Below are positions 13,370 through 26,679 of a DNA stretch of 64,000 nucleotides, piece after piece (position 1 is the stretch's first letter; every line of letters starts with the position of its first letter). Both the position numbers and the translations under genes were made by a program. The stretch comes from Octopus vulgaris. Its lineage: Eukaryota. The stretch covers positions 131,378,001-131,442,000 of the forward strand of contig OX597818.1 in the NCBI GenBank assembly GCA_951406725.2, in the 5' to 3' direction. The notes beneath the pieces are model-generated. The model made no database searches, had not been told where the DNA came from, and saw only the letters and a list, made by a program, of their open reading frames with translations.

Positions 13370-13710
13370 ATATATATATATTAATTTCATTTGCATTTCT
13401 AGCGTGATCCTGTCCACCCTTTCATCCCTCCAGTCTGCATCCTCTGATGATGATTTCATTAACTTTGCTGTTTTTATCATATTTCTTTTTATGATGATTA
13501 TATAAGTGGAGGTGGTTACGATGGTAGGGCAAGGGTTCGTAGTGATGTTTAACAGTAGCAGTGGTATGGTGCTTGCGATGGTCATTTATTTTGTTCTGAA
13601 TATCACAATTAGTAAAAAAATGAGTCACAGCAGAGTTCCTCAATTTAGAAGAGGGAGAAAGATTTTTTTTTCTGATATATATATGTATACATATAACAGA
13701 AAAAATTCTC

Positions 13711-13785
<75 letters not shown>

Positions 13786-14124
13786 TACATATATATAATT
13801 ATTTTTTTATACTTCAAATAAAAGTGTATGAAAGACTCAAAAGACACAGACCATTCCTCTATGTTTCGTTGAATTGTCATTCCCCCATTGTTTCTATTTG
13901 ATTCCACCCCTTGCCTACCTTTAACTGTACTAGTCATAATCATTAATGAAATGATCATCATCACCATTACCTTCATCATCGTCATCATCATCATCAATGT
14001 CATCTTTTCTGTCATTGTCATCATTGCCATTACAGCACCAACACCCTCCACATCCTCAAAAGTTTAACACAGGACATTATTATATCATGGTCATTATACA
14101 GAGAGCACAAATGAAGATTGTATA

Positions 14125-14278
14125 ATATGTGTGTGTATGTATGTATATATATATATACACACATACAATGTATGTATATATATATATATATGTATATATA
14201 AATGTACACATACACACACATGTATATATGTATGCATAAATAAATACATACACATGCATGCATATATATACACACATT

Positions 14279-14334
<56 letters not shown>

Positions 14335-14442
14335 TACATTCATATATACACACATTCACATATATATATGCATATATACATACATATATATACACATTTA
14401 TACATAAATACACACACACACATATATATATGTATGTATGTT

Positions 14443-14474
<32 letters not shown>

Positions 14475-14850
14475 CATTATTTTCAGAAATGTGTCTGTGT
14501 TTGGGAGATAATTTATATGGAGATAGTGAGACAGATCTCTGCATTTAATTGTATGAGTTTTTGAGTGTGTGTGTGTGTGTGTGTGTGCATGTGTGTGCAC
14601 GCATGCATTGTGTGTATGCACGCATGAATGTATGTATGTATATATGTATGTATATATGTATGTATGTCACAGAGACTGTAAGACAAAGAGAGAATGTCTG
14701 AGTTTGAATATTCATTTGTGTGTGTATATATATTTGACCATGTGAGTGTCTGTGTTTGTGCGTACACATGTACACTCTTATAGTTTATGTATGTATGTAT
14801 GTATGTATGTATGTATGTATGTATGTATGTATGTACATATGTATGTATTT
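14125..14850. repeat. Compound (TA)n/(CA)n/(TATG)n microsatellite field
   Basis: Direct reading of the sequence. Confidence 0.9.
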
Positions 14851-15141
14851 GAATGAAAGTATGGGTAAGATCAGAGTGGTAGTTTAAATATGTACATATA
14901 CTATTTCCCTCTCTCCTGGTTCCCCCTTTCTTTCTCCCCCCCGTCTTTCTCCCCCCCCTTCTTTCTCCCCCCTCTCTTTCTGGCCCCCCTCTTCTCTTAA
15001 TTATTTTTCCTCTATCAATAGTGCTTATGAGGAAGTTAGTGGTGTGCACTAGAGACTATTGAAAAGTCATATACATTCATATATATATACTCACACACAT
15101 AAATGTATTTATGTATATGTGTATATATAATTAAATGCATT

Positions 15142-15178
<37 letters not shown>

Positions 15179-16577
15179 ACATATATGTCTGTGTGTGTGA
15201 ATAGATATTTATATTTTAATATGAACACAAGCATATACTCAAACCCACGCATACACATACTCAGAAGAACACATATATATACATATATATATATGTATCA
15301 TGTATATGTATGTATTTATATGGAAGTTACAGTTATTGATTAGAATGAAAGAGGACAATGGAAAATCACCTTGCTTACATAGATTAATAAAATAGCTTAC
15401 AGTTTATTTTTCTGCTTTTTCATATTATGAAATAAAAGCTTCATTGAAAGATACAATACTAAACAATATCACACACGTACACAACACAAAACATTGAATA
15501 CACATCACACTCACAATGATGATAGGAAAAAAAAATATAATAAAACATGAAAAGGAAAAAAAAAACAATAACAATAATAAATATATAAATAAATAATAGC
15601 ATGAAAAGAGAAAGAAAAAAATAACAGTACAATGAACCTATAATAAAAAATAAAATAAATAAAGAGTAGTTGTGGTAATAATATTGTTGTCGCTGTTGTT
15701 GTTGTAATAGTTATGTTCATCAATGGGTTAGTCAAACCTTTGTCATGAGAAATTTTGAATGAGGAAATTATTAGCTAGTTCTAAAAGGTAATGTTGTGGT
15801 GATGGAGTGAGAGAGTGCGAGAGAGAAAGGAAAGAGAGGGCTTAGCAGATGAGAGAGAGAGAGAGTGAAAGAGAGAGTGACAGAAAAAAAGGGAGAGATA
15901 GGTAAGAAAAGAGAGACAGTATGAGAGGGAGACAGACAGACAGACAGAGAAACAGGCTTTAGAATTGAAGGTTCAAGTTATGTCAGGTTCAACTTTATCG
16001 TTATTTATTATTATTAAGATAGGTGTTGGGATACAAGGAAATAATAACAGCAGGTGGGAGGGGGTGAGCTTGGCGCAGGGGGGAGGACTGTGTAGTGGTG
16101 GTGGTGGTGGGGAAGTTGTGTATTTAATTTAATTTTAACTCATTTCATTTTATATCATGCCATGTCAAGTCATGTCATTTTTCGTTTTCGTTTCCATTTT
16201 TTTCGGTTTCCCAATAAAGTCCTCTGATTTCTGGAAAGTTGGGAAAAAATGTAAAGGAGGTATCCTATCTAGGGTCTGTGTGTGTGTGTGGGGGGGGTGT
16301 GATGGTCGTGATGGTGGTGATGGAAAGAAGGCGGTCTAGGAGAGTGAGTCATTTGAACTTGAATCGAGGAAAGGATTGGTGTATCTGTTGATAACAAATA
16401 TTGTGGGTCCTGTCTGAAAGAAAGGTCCCCCAAAACTTATTATGTAGCCAATGGCTTACTTGTGTTCTACTGTTTGAGGAGTTTTAGCAAAAGATCATAA
16501 ATATAGCTTAAATTCTGCATTATTTTGAAGGATATTTTATATTGTGCATTAATGCAGAGATGTAATTTATTTATTCA

Positions 16578-17215
16578 TCATCATCATCATCATCATCATC
16601 GTTTAACATCCACTTTGTTCTAGAAGGTAATGTCGTGGTGATGGCTCAAGCACAGCGTTTCTCCAAAGGTCTTGGTTGCTTGTCATTGTCTCTGTGAGGC
16701 CCAACGTCTGAAGGTCATACTTCACCACCCTATCCCATATCTTCCTGGGTCTACCTCTTTCACAGGTTCCATCTATTGTTAAGGTGTGACACTTCACCCA
16801 ACTGTCCTCATCCATACACAACACATTACCATACTAGTGCAGTCATCTCTCATACACACCATATCTGATGCTTCTTATGTCCAGCTTTTCTCTCTGTTGT
16901 GTACGGACACTGACATTACACATCCAGTGGAGCACACTAGCTTCATTTCTTCCAAGCCTACCCATGTCCTCATCAGTCACAATCCATATTTCACTGCCAT
17001 GTAGCATGGCTGTTCACACACATGCATTAAACAGTCAACCTTTCACTCTGAGCAAGAAGCCCTTTGTTACCAGCAGAGGTAACCCATGCTATTCTTATTC
17101 TAGTGTCTATGCTCTCAGAGCATCTACCCCCCACTATTGACTTGGTCATCTAGGTAATGGAAGCTACCAACTGCTTCTAGTTTTTTCCCCCGGCATGTGA
17201 TGTAATCTGTTTTCT
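16578..17215 (-). mobile_element. RTE-clade LINE, decayed ORF C-terminus with (GAT)n tail
   Basis: MDEDSWVKCHTLTIDGTCERGRPRKIWDRVVKYDLQTLGLTETMTSNQDLWR matches the RTE C-terminal GRPRKTW...DR..WR motif. Frameshifted. Confidence 0.85.
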
Positions 17216-17236
17216 ATACATCTTTAGTTATAAATC

Positions 17237-17575
17237 GTGGAGGCGCAATGGCCCAGTGGTTACTATAAAATTGGATTCAATCCTAAATCTGATTTTTCCC
17301 TGTAAGTTTGGATTTATTCCCTAATATTTTATTATATATATATATATATACTTTTTATCTTATATTACATGTTTTAATACTTTTTGATAGTCATATATAT
17401 TTAATAAAAAAAAATAATTTATAAATATAAATTAATAATTTTAATTTTGAATTTAGATAATTAAAACTTTTTTATTTTATATCTTAAATATTTTGTATAT
17501 TATATTAATTATTTTTATTTTTATGTTTTTCACTGTTTGATTTGCCTAATAGTGGTTTTATCTCTAATTTAATCT
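17237..17575 (+). mobile_element. 25-bp SINE A head fused to PLE pseudo-LTR fragments in (TA)n
   Basis: 17262-17335 and 17530-17570 are homologous to 21840-21905 and 22125-22160. Confidence 0.55.
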
Positions 17576-17592
17576 ATCTATCTATCTATCTA

Positions 17593-17631
<39 letters not shown>

Positions 17632-17667
17632 GTGTGTATATACATATACACCATGCCAGTATGGAAT

Positions 17668-17885
17668 CTTTTCTACTCTAGGCACAAGGCCCTAAATTTT
17701 GGGTAAGGGGGGGTGCAATCGATTAGATCGATCCCAGTACGCAACTGGTATGTCATTTATTGACTCTGAAATGATGAAGGGTAAAGTCGACCTCGGCGGA
17801 ATTTGAACTCAGAACATAAAGGCAGACGAAATACTGCTACGCATTTCCCCCAGTGTGCTACGGTTTCTGCAAGCTTGCTGCCTTT
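17668..17885 (-). mobile_element. SINE family C
   Basis: GAGTTCAAATTCCGCCGAGGTCGACTTT...CATC core on the minus strand. Confidence 0.8.
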
Positions 17886-17989
17886 ATGCCAGTATGGAAT
17901 CTAGCTGCTAAATGATGATGTATTCAAGTGTATGTATATGTGTGTTGCTGTTCAAGGCAATTGCTAATGTTATATCTCATACTCTGAGT

Positions 17990-18224
17990 ATCTATTTCTT
18001 TACTACCCACAAGGGGCTAAACACAGAGGGGACAAACAAGGACAGACAGATGAATTAAATCGATTATATCGACCCTAGAGTGTAACTGGTACTTATTTAA
18101 TCGACCCCGAAAGGATGAAAGGCAAAGTCAACCTTGGCGGAATAGGAACTCAGAACGTAGCAGTAGGCAAAATACCGCTAAGCATTTCGCCCGGCATGCT
18201 AACGTTTCTACCAGCTGACCGCCT
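17990..18224 (-). mobile_element. SINE family C
   Basis: Colinear with 57612-57848. Central GCCTTTCATCCTTTCGGGGTCGAT..AAGTACCAG resembles the Meta-type SINE domain (from memory). Confidence 0.85.
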
Positions 18225-18369
18225 GATACTCTGAGTATCAGTGACATTCCCCACTTCATACACTCACTCCCTGGCACTCCTGCCCCTCCCTCACCCACCT
18301 ACTTTGAAGAGCTATTCTGATGCCGCATCACAGCTTTTATCACCTCAGACTCTGTTGTAACATATGTGT

Positions 18370-18720
18370 GCAATGACCTCTAATAGTATGGTGTTATATG
18401 CACCCAATGACCTACCATATGGCTTTTTATGAACTGAGTGACCTTTCATGATGCAAATTCAATGACCTATCCTACGGTATAATATGAACTTGATGACCTG
18501 TTATATGATATAATATGAACTTGATGACCTATCATACAATATAACATGAACACAATGACATATCATATGATTATGATCTGCACTCAGTGACCTATATCAT
18601 ATGAACTCAATGTTGTATCATATGATATGATGAGCTCTATGACCTAAGACGGTATGGTATGAAATCAGTGACCTGCTGTTTTATGATAGGATTTGAATTC
18701 AGTAACGGATCTTATGTCAT
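18370..18720. repeat. Degenerate minisatellite, ~29-bp unit (ATGACCTATCATATGATATAATATGAACT)
   Basis: TGACC recurs at about 29-32-bp spacing over roughly 11 units. Confidence 0.75.
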
Positions 18721-18770
18721 AAAACCAACAACTAGTATACCAGCCATATGATGCGAATCACTCATATAAT

Positions 18771-18907
18771 AGGTTGTCCCAAAAGTTCGTAAACACTTGA
18801 GAAAATTGAATTTTTACTCGCCAAGTACTAACAAAAACAACAAAAATTATTCCTCAAAATAAAGACCATTATTTTCCAAGACTTTCTACGAACTTTTGGG
18901 ACAACCT
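18771..18907. mobile_element. Tc1/mariner-type MITE
   Basis: 21-bp perfect TIR AGGTTGTCCCAAAAGTTCGTA / TACGAACTTTTGGGACAACCT in a TA context. Confidence 0.75.
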
Positions 18908-20218
18908 TATAATAGTCTAATACTTTATCGTTTAAGCAACTTTGTTTCCATGGATGGCTTTTTGATACACCCTATTATGCATATACATACGATTACACAT
19001 ATATTCATCACAACATCAACTCACCACCATGCTAATTGCATGTACACACATAGAAACATTTATAATACATGCTCCATTTCCTAGTCAAAATACCCCTGTT
19101 TCCAGTTCACCTTTATTCTTAAAAGCCTTACCCTCCACCGTGACAGCAATGACAAAAACGATGATGGCGACGACGACGACGACCACCACCACCACAACTT
19201 TCACCTCATCATGGCGTTATTTCCCTCATTTTCCACCAGACAAACCATATCAAACCCTGTTACATCTCTCAGTTGTTTCTTCCTCCTTGTCAAGATACCA
19301 CTCCTCCAGTACCCCTTTCCTCACACTACCCTAAATAGCATCTTAGCTCAATCTCCCTCTCAGACTCCATCACCATATTACCATCTCTCTCTCGCCCTCT
19401 TTTTTTCTCTTCCCAACACTCTCACACCCATTAATACTCTATCTCTTACTCATTTAGGATCAGGTTCTTCCTTTCACAATATAAGAAACTTCTCTCACCC
19501 CTCTCTCTCTCTCTCTCTCTTATTCATTTCCCCTCTCCTAGTTCATCTATCTATCAACAGACCAGGTTCCCCAATTCAAAATACCACTAGAAAACTATCT
19601 TTCTTACTCTATTCTATTCTATTCTATTCTATTCTATCGTCATCTCTCACTTCGTCACTCTTTTGTTATCTCCTCCTTCCCGCCTTACCCCCAGCCTATT
19701 TCCTATCTATGATCCATGTTCCTTTTTACAAAACATCAATATAAAGTTATTTTTCACTCCCACCTTTACTTCCATCAACCTTTCTGCCATACTCTCTCTC
19801 TCTCGCTTTGTCTCCCTTTCTCCCTCTTGCTCTCTCTCTCTCTCTCTCTCATTCATTCCTCATCTTTCTCTGGTACCCTCATTGCCCTTCTTACTCACTC
19901 AACCCCCCAACTACCTACCTACCTATGGAATAGAATATTCATTTTGAAATAACATATGAAAGCTGTCAAAGTTAAGTGTAATGAGACAAAAAGAAGTTAA
20001 AGCATATCTTGCCACTTGCAACAATTATGACATGTCGTAGCCAATTATCACTGGTAAATCAATAACCACTTCTTCTCCAATCATAATCCCAGTGAATGGC
20101 AAGGTGATGTGACGGGATTATAGATATACATATATATAGAGGATTTTATATATATATATATATACATACATATATATACATATACACATATATATATACA
20201 TATATATATGTATATGTT

Positions 20219-20255
<37 letters not shown>

Positions 20256-20331
20256 ATAGATAGAGGATTGTATAAACTATATATGTTGTAAATGTATACG
20301 CCTCTCCCCAATATGTGTGTGTGTGTATATA

Positions 20332-20628
20332 TCATCATCATCATCATCATCGTTTAACGTCCGTTCTCCATGCTAGCATGGGTTGGACGGTTCGACCGGG
20401 GTTCTGGGAAGCCAGAAGGCTGCACCAGGCTACAGTCTAATCTGGCAATGTTTCTACAGCTGGATGCCCTTCCTAACGCCAACCACTGCGTGAATGTAGT
20501 GGGTGCTTTTTACGTGCCACCTGCACAGGTGCCAGGCGAGGCTGGCAACGGCCACGGTCGGATTGGTGTATTTTATGTGCCACCGGCACGGAAGCCAGTC
20601 GAGGCGGTGCTGGCATCGGCCACGAGTC

Positions 20629-20630
<2 letters not shown>
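20332..20630 (-). mobile_element. RTE LINE 3' UTR with (GAT)n tail
   Basis: Reverse complement of the 10391-10709 family. Confidence 0.8.
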
Positions 20631-20661
<31 letters not shown>

Positions 20662-20664
<3 letters not shown>

Positions 20665-20919
20665 GGAGTAAACACATAAATGTGAAACAAGGTGGAAAAA
20701 AAGAGTACTCAAATACCAGTGGTAGAGTAATATGCTTTATTTAAAGCAGCAGAAAATTCAACAAAATCTGTTACTCTGAGTTTCTCGTTGCCATTCAGCA
20801 GACAGTTTTTGTTAGAATGGAACTGATATCGGTTCCATTCCAACAAAAACTGTCTGATGAATGGCAACGAGAAACTCAGAGCAACAGATTTTGTTGAATT
20901 TTCTGCTGCTTTAAATAAA

Positions 20920-20925
<6 letters not shown>
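20662..20925. mobile_element. Fold-back PLE pseudo-LTR-like palindrome with a hammerhead in each arm
   Basis: Arms 20730-20827 / 20828-20925 centred on GATATC. Right arm CTGT-CTGATGA-ATG-GCAA-CGA-GAAA-CTC-A-GAG-CA-ACAG. Flanked by (TA)n. Confidence 0.75.
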
Positions 20926-20958
<33 letters not shown>

Positions 20959-20960
<2 letters not shown>

Positions 20961-21186
20961 TTCAGTAAAATTTAGATTCAGATGAAAATGGTACTTAAGT
21001 TGAAGGCACCAGAATTTAGTATGGTAATATCCATATAATTTAAACTAAGGTGATTATAATCAAAATAAACAACAAGGATATCCAGAGGTAGTGTAGTACG
21101 ATCGTTTCATGCAACTCCAATTAAATAGAGTCACATGAAAAGATCATACTGCATTACCTCTGGATATCCTTGTTGCTTATTTTGAG
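20959..21186. mobile_element. Fold-back palindrome in (TA)n centred on a hammerhead 3' half
   Basis: Arms 21061-21111 / 21134-21184; minus strand has GAAA-CGATCG-TA next to the loop. Confidence 0.65.
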
Positions 21187-21502
21187 TATATATATACATA
21201 CACACACACACATATATGTTTGTATATATGTAAAGGTAAGATCCAAGGATCAAGGTGTAGGAAGTTAGTAAGCTTCAAGCAATCTGTAGAAGGTATAAAA
21301 AAAACAACATTCATGAACAATAGTAGTTTATTGGTATCGAATGTTGTAAATTTTTCCCATATCAAAAGTTCAATAAGCTGAAAAGGTGATTTTATAGTTT
21401 ACAGTTACCAATTGAGTTTGCTGTGTATGCAAATAAAAACCCAAATTTCAAGAATGGATCAAATTTATGGAATGGAGTATTTGCTCCATTCCCTAAATTT
21501 GG

Positions 21503-21680
21503 ATTTTTCCTCTGTCTTCCCTTCTCTGGATCTTTCCTTCTCCTATGTTTCCGACGAAGAGCTCCACTCAAAACATTAAACCCTCCTTCTTCCCTTCTTT
21601 CCTGAGCGTCCAATAATACTATATTTGTTACACGTCCTCACGTTCTTGTGTTTTTTTGCATTTTCTTGTTTGGATCAACT
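21503..21680 (+). mobile_element. ~200-bp HHR mini-element (GAAA mutated to AAAA)
   Basis: GTTT-CCGACGA-AGAGCTCCACTC-AAAACATT-AAAC; homologous to 46848-47051; ends at (TA)n. Confidence 0.75.
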
Positions 21681-21764
21681 TTATATATATATATATATAC
21701 GTTTATATATTTGTTGTGCAAAATTTTTATTGGCTAAACTGGCAAAATGACCATTCCAAAATAT

Positions 21765-21834
<70 letters not shown>

Positions 21835-21836
<2 letters not shown>

Positions 21837-22159
21837 ATAAATATAATAATAAATAAATCCAAATTTACAAGGAAAAATCAGATTTAAGATTGAATCCAAT
21901 TTTATAATGAAATATTATATTATATCAAATTAGAGACAAAACCACTATTATGCAAATCAAACAAAGAAAGACTTAAGCCAATACATAAAATAATTTATAT
22001 AAATTAAAATTTAACATATGAATAACCACTACGATCGTTTCGCGTCAGCACATCGTAGTGGTTATTCATATGTTAAATTTTAATTTATATAAATTATTTT
22101 ATGTATTGGCTTAAGTCTTTCTTTGTTTGATTTGCATAATAGTGGTTTTGTCTCTAATT

Positions 22160-22166
<7 letters not shown>
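21835..22166. mobile_element. Fold-back palindrome (115-bp perfect arms) plus tail, in (TA)n
   Basis: Arms 21921-22035 / 22052-22166 are exact reverse complements. The loop on the minus strand contains GAAA-CGATCG-TA. Confidence 0.8.
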
Positions 22167-22231
<65 letters not shown>

Positions 22232-22715
22232 GTCAATGTTATGTATGTTAAATTATAATGTTATAAACAGCAAACATTCACTAGATAAAGTTGTAAGCTG
22301 CTACAGATGAAATTAGAGGTCCCAGTCCACCCATTTTGTGTAATACACACACATATATATATATACATATATACATGTACACATATATATCCACATATAT
22401 ATACATACATATTCATACACACTGCAAAATATTGATGATGATGATGATGGTGGTGGTGGCGATGATGAGTTGTAGAGCACCTGAGCAATGTATATAAGGT
22501 AATTATAATTATGATATGAGATATATATATGCATGTGTGTGTGGAGGGGTGGGGTAGTAAAAAAAGTTACCTCAAAATCATTGTCACCTCTTTTTGGGGC
22601 AGTTTTTAAATAAATATTAAACCTTAATTCATATACTGAGACCTATATGTAGTGATTTAAAATGAGAGGACATAATCTGAGGGTAGTTTGATTCGTCCAG
22701 GAAATTTTTTGATAT

Positions 22716-22923
22716 TCTTTACTTTACTTACTTGTTTCAGTCATTTGACTGCGGCCATGCTGGAGCACCGCCTTTAGTCGAGCAAATCGACCCCGGGACT
22801 TATTCTTTGTAAGCCCAGTACTTATTCTATCGGTCTCTTTTGCCAAACTGCTAAGTGACGGGGATGTAAACACACCAGCATCGGTTGTCAAGCAATGCTA
22901 GGGGGACAAACACAGACACACAA

Positions 22924-22968
<45 letters not shown>

Positions 22969-23098
22969 TACGACAGGCTTCTTTCAGTTTCCGTCTACCA
23001 AATCCACTCACAAGGCATTGGTTGGCCCGGGGCTATAGCAGAAGACACTTGCCCAAGATGCCACGCAGTGGGACTGAACCCGGAACTATGTGGCTAGT
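22716..23098 (-). mobile_element. SINE family B, young
   Basis: Colinear with the consensus; head truncated. Confidence 0.9.
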
Positions 23099-23164
23099 TA
23101 AAAAACCATGGGACCAATGAAATCACCCATTAGCTCTTATGTGTATGTATCTTTTATCTTGTTT

Positions 23165-23712
23165 CTTTTTATCTTTTACTTGTTTCAGTCATTTGACTGT
23201 GACCATGCTGGGGCACTGCCTTGAAGAGATTTACTCAAACAAATCAAGCCGAAGTCTTATGTCTTTAAGCCTAGTATTTATTCTATCTGTCACTTTTGCT
23301 AGTTGTCATGGGGTGGTGGGGGACATGAAATCACACACACATGCAAACATACATGCATGCATGAATACATACATACATACATACATACATACATACAGAC
23401 AGACAGACAGACGTATGTACGTACGTACGTATGTATGTATGTATGTATGTATGTATGTATGTATGTATGTATGTATGTATGTATGTATGCATGTATGTAT
23501 GTACTTGTGTGTCTGTGTTTGTCCCCTCACCATCACTTGACAACTGCTGCTGGTGTGTTTACATCTCTGTAACTTAAAAGTTCAGCAAAAGTGACCAATA
23601 GAATAAGTACTTGGCTTACAAAGAATGAGTCCTGGGGTCAATTTGTTCAACTAAAGGCAGTGCTCCAGCATGGCCACAGTCAAATGACTGGAACAAGTAA
23701 AAGAATAAAAGA

Positions 23713-23776
<64 letters not shown>

Positions 23777-23930
23777 GGTAGGTATTTCTAGTTTCTGTCA
23801 AATTCACTCAAAGGGGCATTGGTTAAGATAAGTAGTAAAACACTCTTGCCTAAGGTTCTGTGCAATAGGACAGAACCTGTGACAACATGGCTGCAAAGCA
23901 AACTTCTTAACCATAAAGCTACACCTGTGC
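23165..23930. mobile_element. Cluster of three partial family B SINEs (-, +, -) with (TACA)/(TATG)/(CA) tracts
   Basis: 23165-23330 minus 3' part; 23510-23713 plus 3' part; 23780-23930 minus diverged 5' part. Confidence 0.7.
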
Positions 23931-24731
23931 CTAATGTGTGTGCATAGATATATATATATATATATATATAATTTTATATAAGTATGATGGTACAACGCAT
24001 GTATTTCTTGTTACGTACCAGGCATAGATGGATTTTTACACACACACACGCACACACACATGCATACACAGACATCTACACACACACATGCATACACACT
24101 CAGAGACATACCAGAGAGACACACACACACACATGTAAATAAATGCACCTACATACTTTCATGTTAGATACACTAGTATTAATTTTACATATGTCTACTG
24201 ATGCCCATTTTAGATGGCGTGTGTGTGTGTGTGGCAGATGGGCGGGTGGGTGGTAGTAGGAATGTCTAAGTGATATGTACGAAGGCGTTTCCATTAACTT
24301 TGAAGAAATCAATGGAGCAATTACCATATTTACAAAGGCGCCATTAGTTTACAATGTAAAGTATTGAAGTTATCTTCAGGATGATATCAATCACAAACTA
24401 AACGAGCAGTCCATGATTGATCCTGACGGTAAATTTGGGGTCAAAGGCCATCTTGAGACGCAACACTCTCTACTTTCAAGGTAAGTGACCTTCTCACTCA
24501 AATGGATGGCGTTATGCATATTACGTGAAATCAGAGAGGTAGAAACAGAGAATAACAAAGCATCCAGCAATGCTTTTCTTTTAGTGGAGAATCAACCTGT
24601 GCTTTCTCTCAAACATGGTTCAAGATCTGGGGAAAACAAAAAAATTCCCATAGCTGTCACTTGTATTTGAGTATGACTTAGTAGCTTATACCATGCGGTT
24701 GCTAATTGTTTTATGTGCCTATGTAGTTATG

Positions 24732-25251
24732 GTGGAGGTGCAATGGCCCAGTGGTTAGGGCAGCAGACTCGCGGTCGTAGGATCGCGGTTTCGATTGAGC
24801 AGGCTTATGATCAAATGAGTTCAACTGTGACAATTTGTCTTTTGTATAAATACATATTATAAGTGCGTGGAGGCGCAATGGCCCAGTGGTTAGGGCAGCG
24901 GACTCGCGGTCATAGGATCGTGGTTTCGATTCCCAGACCGGGCGTTGTGAGTGTTTATTGAGCGAAAACACCTAAAAGCTCCACGAGGCTCCGGCAGGGG
25001 ATGCTGGTAACCCCTGCTGTACTCTTTCACCACAACTTTCTCTCACTCTTACTTCCTGTTTCTGTTGTACCTGTATTTCAAAGGGCTGGCCTTGTCACTC
25101 TCTGTGTCACGCTGAATATCCCCGAGAACTACGTTAAGGGTACACGTGTCTGTGGAGTGCTCAGCCACTTATACGTTAATTTCACGAGCAGGCTGTTCCG
25201 TTGATTCGGATCAACCGGAACCCTCGTCGTCGTAACCGACAGAGTGCTTCC
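24732..25251 (+). mobile_element. SINE family A with duplicated head and captured foreign flank
   Basis: TSD CCTATGTAGTT (24718-24728 / 25252-25262). Head 24732-24796, then 73 bp matching 8442-8514, then a full SINE from 24867. Confidence 0.9.
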
Positions 25252-25499
25252 CCTATGTAGTTGTGAGAAGACATAGACACTCTCTCAGCTCTTGTATGCC
25301 ATGATGCTGTTGAACATTTTAGATGTAACAGGTGATGGGAGAAAGAGCTTTAATGGCATTACATTGGTACTCGTTTTCTGGAGTAATGTGAAATGAAGTA
25401 CTGATGGACACGATGTACTGTCCAGTCAAGGAATCACATTTGAGCAATACATGTTCAAGGTCTTGGTATGTGTGTCTATGTATATATATATATGTATAT

Positions 25500-25690
25500 G
25501 ATTCAAATGTACAGAAAACACAAGAAATATGATACAGGTAAGGGAACAACAAGCAGGTGTGTTAGTTTGACGCTCAGGGAAAATGAAAATGGTTTTGATG
25601 TTTCAAGCTTGTGCCCTTTGGCAGAAAGGGACGACAGAAAAACAAAAGGAGAGAGACACAAAAAAATTCAGAGAGAGAAAAAAATGTGCC

Positions 25691-25695
<5 letters not shown>
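25500..25695 (-). mobile_element. Degenerate HHR mini-element
   Basis: Shares GTTAGTTTGACGCTCAGG and TTTCAAGC...CAGAAAGGG with 52625 and 55768; core decayed. Confidence 0.5.
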
Positions 25696-25748
<53 letters not shown>

Positions 25749-25796
25749 ATGCGTGCGTGTGTGTGTGTGTGCGTGCGTGCGTGCGTGTGTGTGTGA

Positions 25797-25890
<94 letters not shown>
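25696..25890. repeat. (GT)n/(GCGT)n microsatellite
   Basis: Direct reading; alternating purine-pyrimidine. Confidence 0.95.
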
Positions 25891-26116
25891 ACATAGATGA
25901 CAAATTTTATATTAAATTTCCTGCAAACATTTCACCATTATGGTTGTTTGGAGCCCTTTTATGGAATTTCCAAATGCATAAAGATGCTCAACCACAACAA
26001 ATCTTCAGTGAACCATTTATTGTATCAAGTTACAGATAATACATAACAAAAGCAAATCAATGGTCCTTCCTGGACCATAGGCTCGTAAGGCTGGTTCCCC
26101 ACATTCTGTGATCTGA

Positions 26117-26334
26117 TCATGGCCGTTTGCCAGCCTCGTCTGGCACCTGTGCCGGTTGCACGTAAAAAGCACCCACTACACTCAAGGAGTGGTTGGCATT
26201 AGGAAGGGCATCCAGCTGTAGAAACACTGCCAGATCAGACTGGGCCTGGCGCAGCTTTCTGGATTCCCAGACCCCAGTTGAACCGTCCAACCCATGCTAG
26301 TATGGAAAGCAGACATTAAACGATGATGATGATG
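26117..26334 (+). mobile_element. RTE LINE 3' UTR with (GAT)n tail
   Basis: Homologous to 10490-10709. Confidence 0.8.
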
Positions 26335-26679
26335 ATATATATATATATGCATACACAGCCACACACACATACACACACAAATATTAGCATATCCATGTCA
26401 ACAGCTACAGGATCAAATATGTTCATTCTAATTGTATATATTAAATACTTTTGTGAAATAGAGTTAGATTATTTTTGTGATCTTCTATAGAATTCGGAAC
26501 CAGCACACTAAGTTATAATGTTATGTAAACAAATTCTTGTATGTAAACAATGCGAATGAAGATAGAAAATATAGATAATGGGTGTATATACCTATTTGAA
26601 AGAGTATTCTTCTTTCATCCCTCTCTCTCTCTTTCGGAGAGGCACTGAGCAGCTATACGCACACATACACACACGGCAG

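Noticed and set aside
18370-18720. Regularly spaced repeats superficially like a CRISPR array (also 43315-43905)
   Set aside because: Eukaryotic context, degenerate tandem units without unique spacers, and no cas genes.
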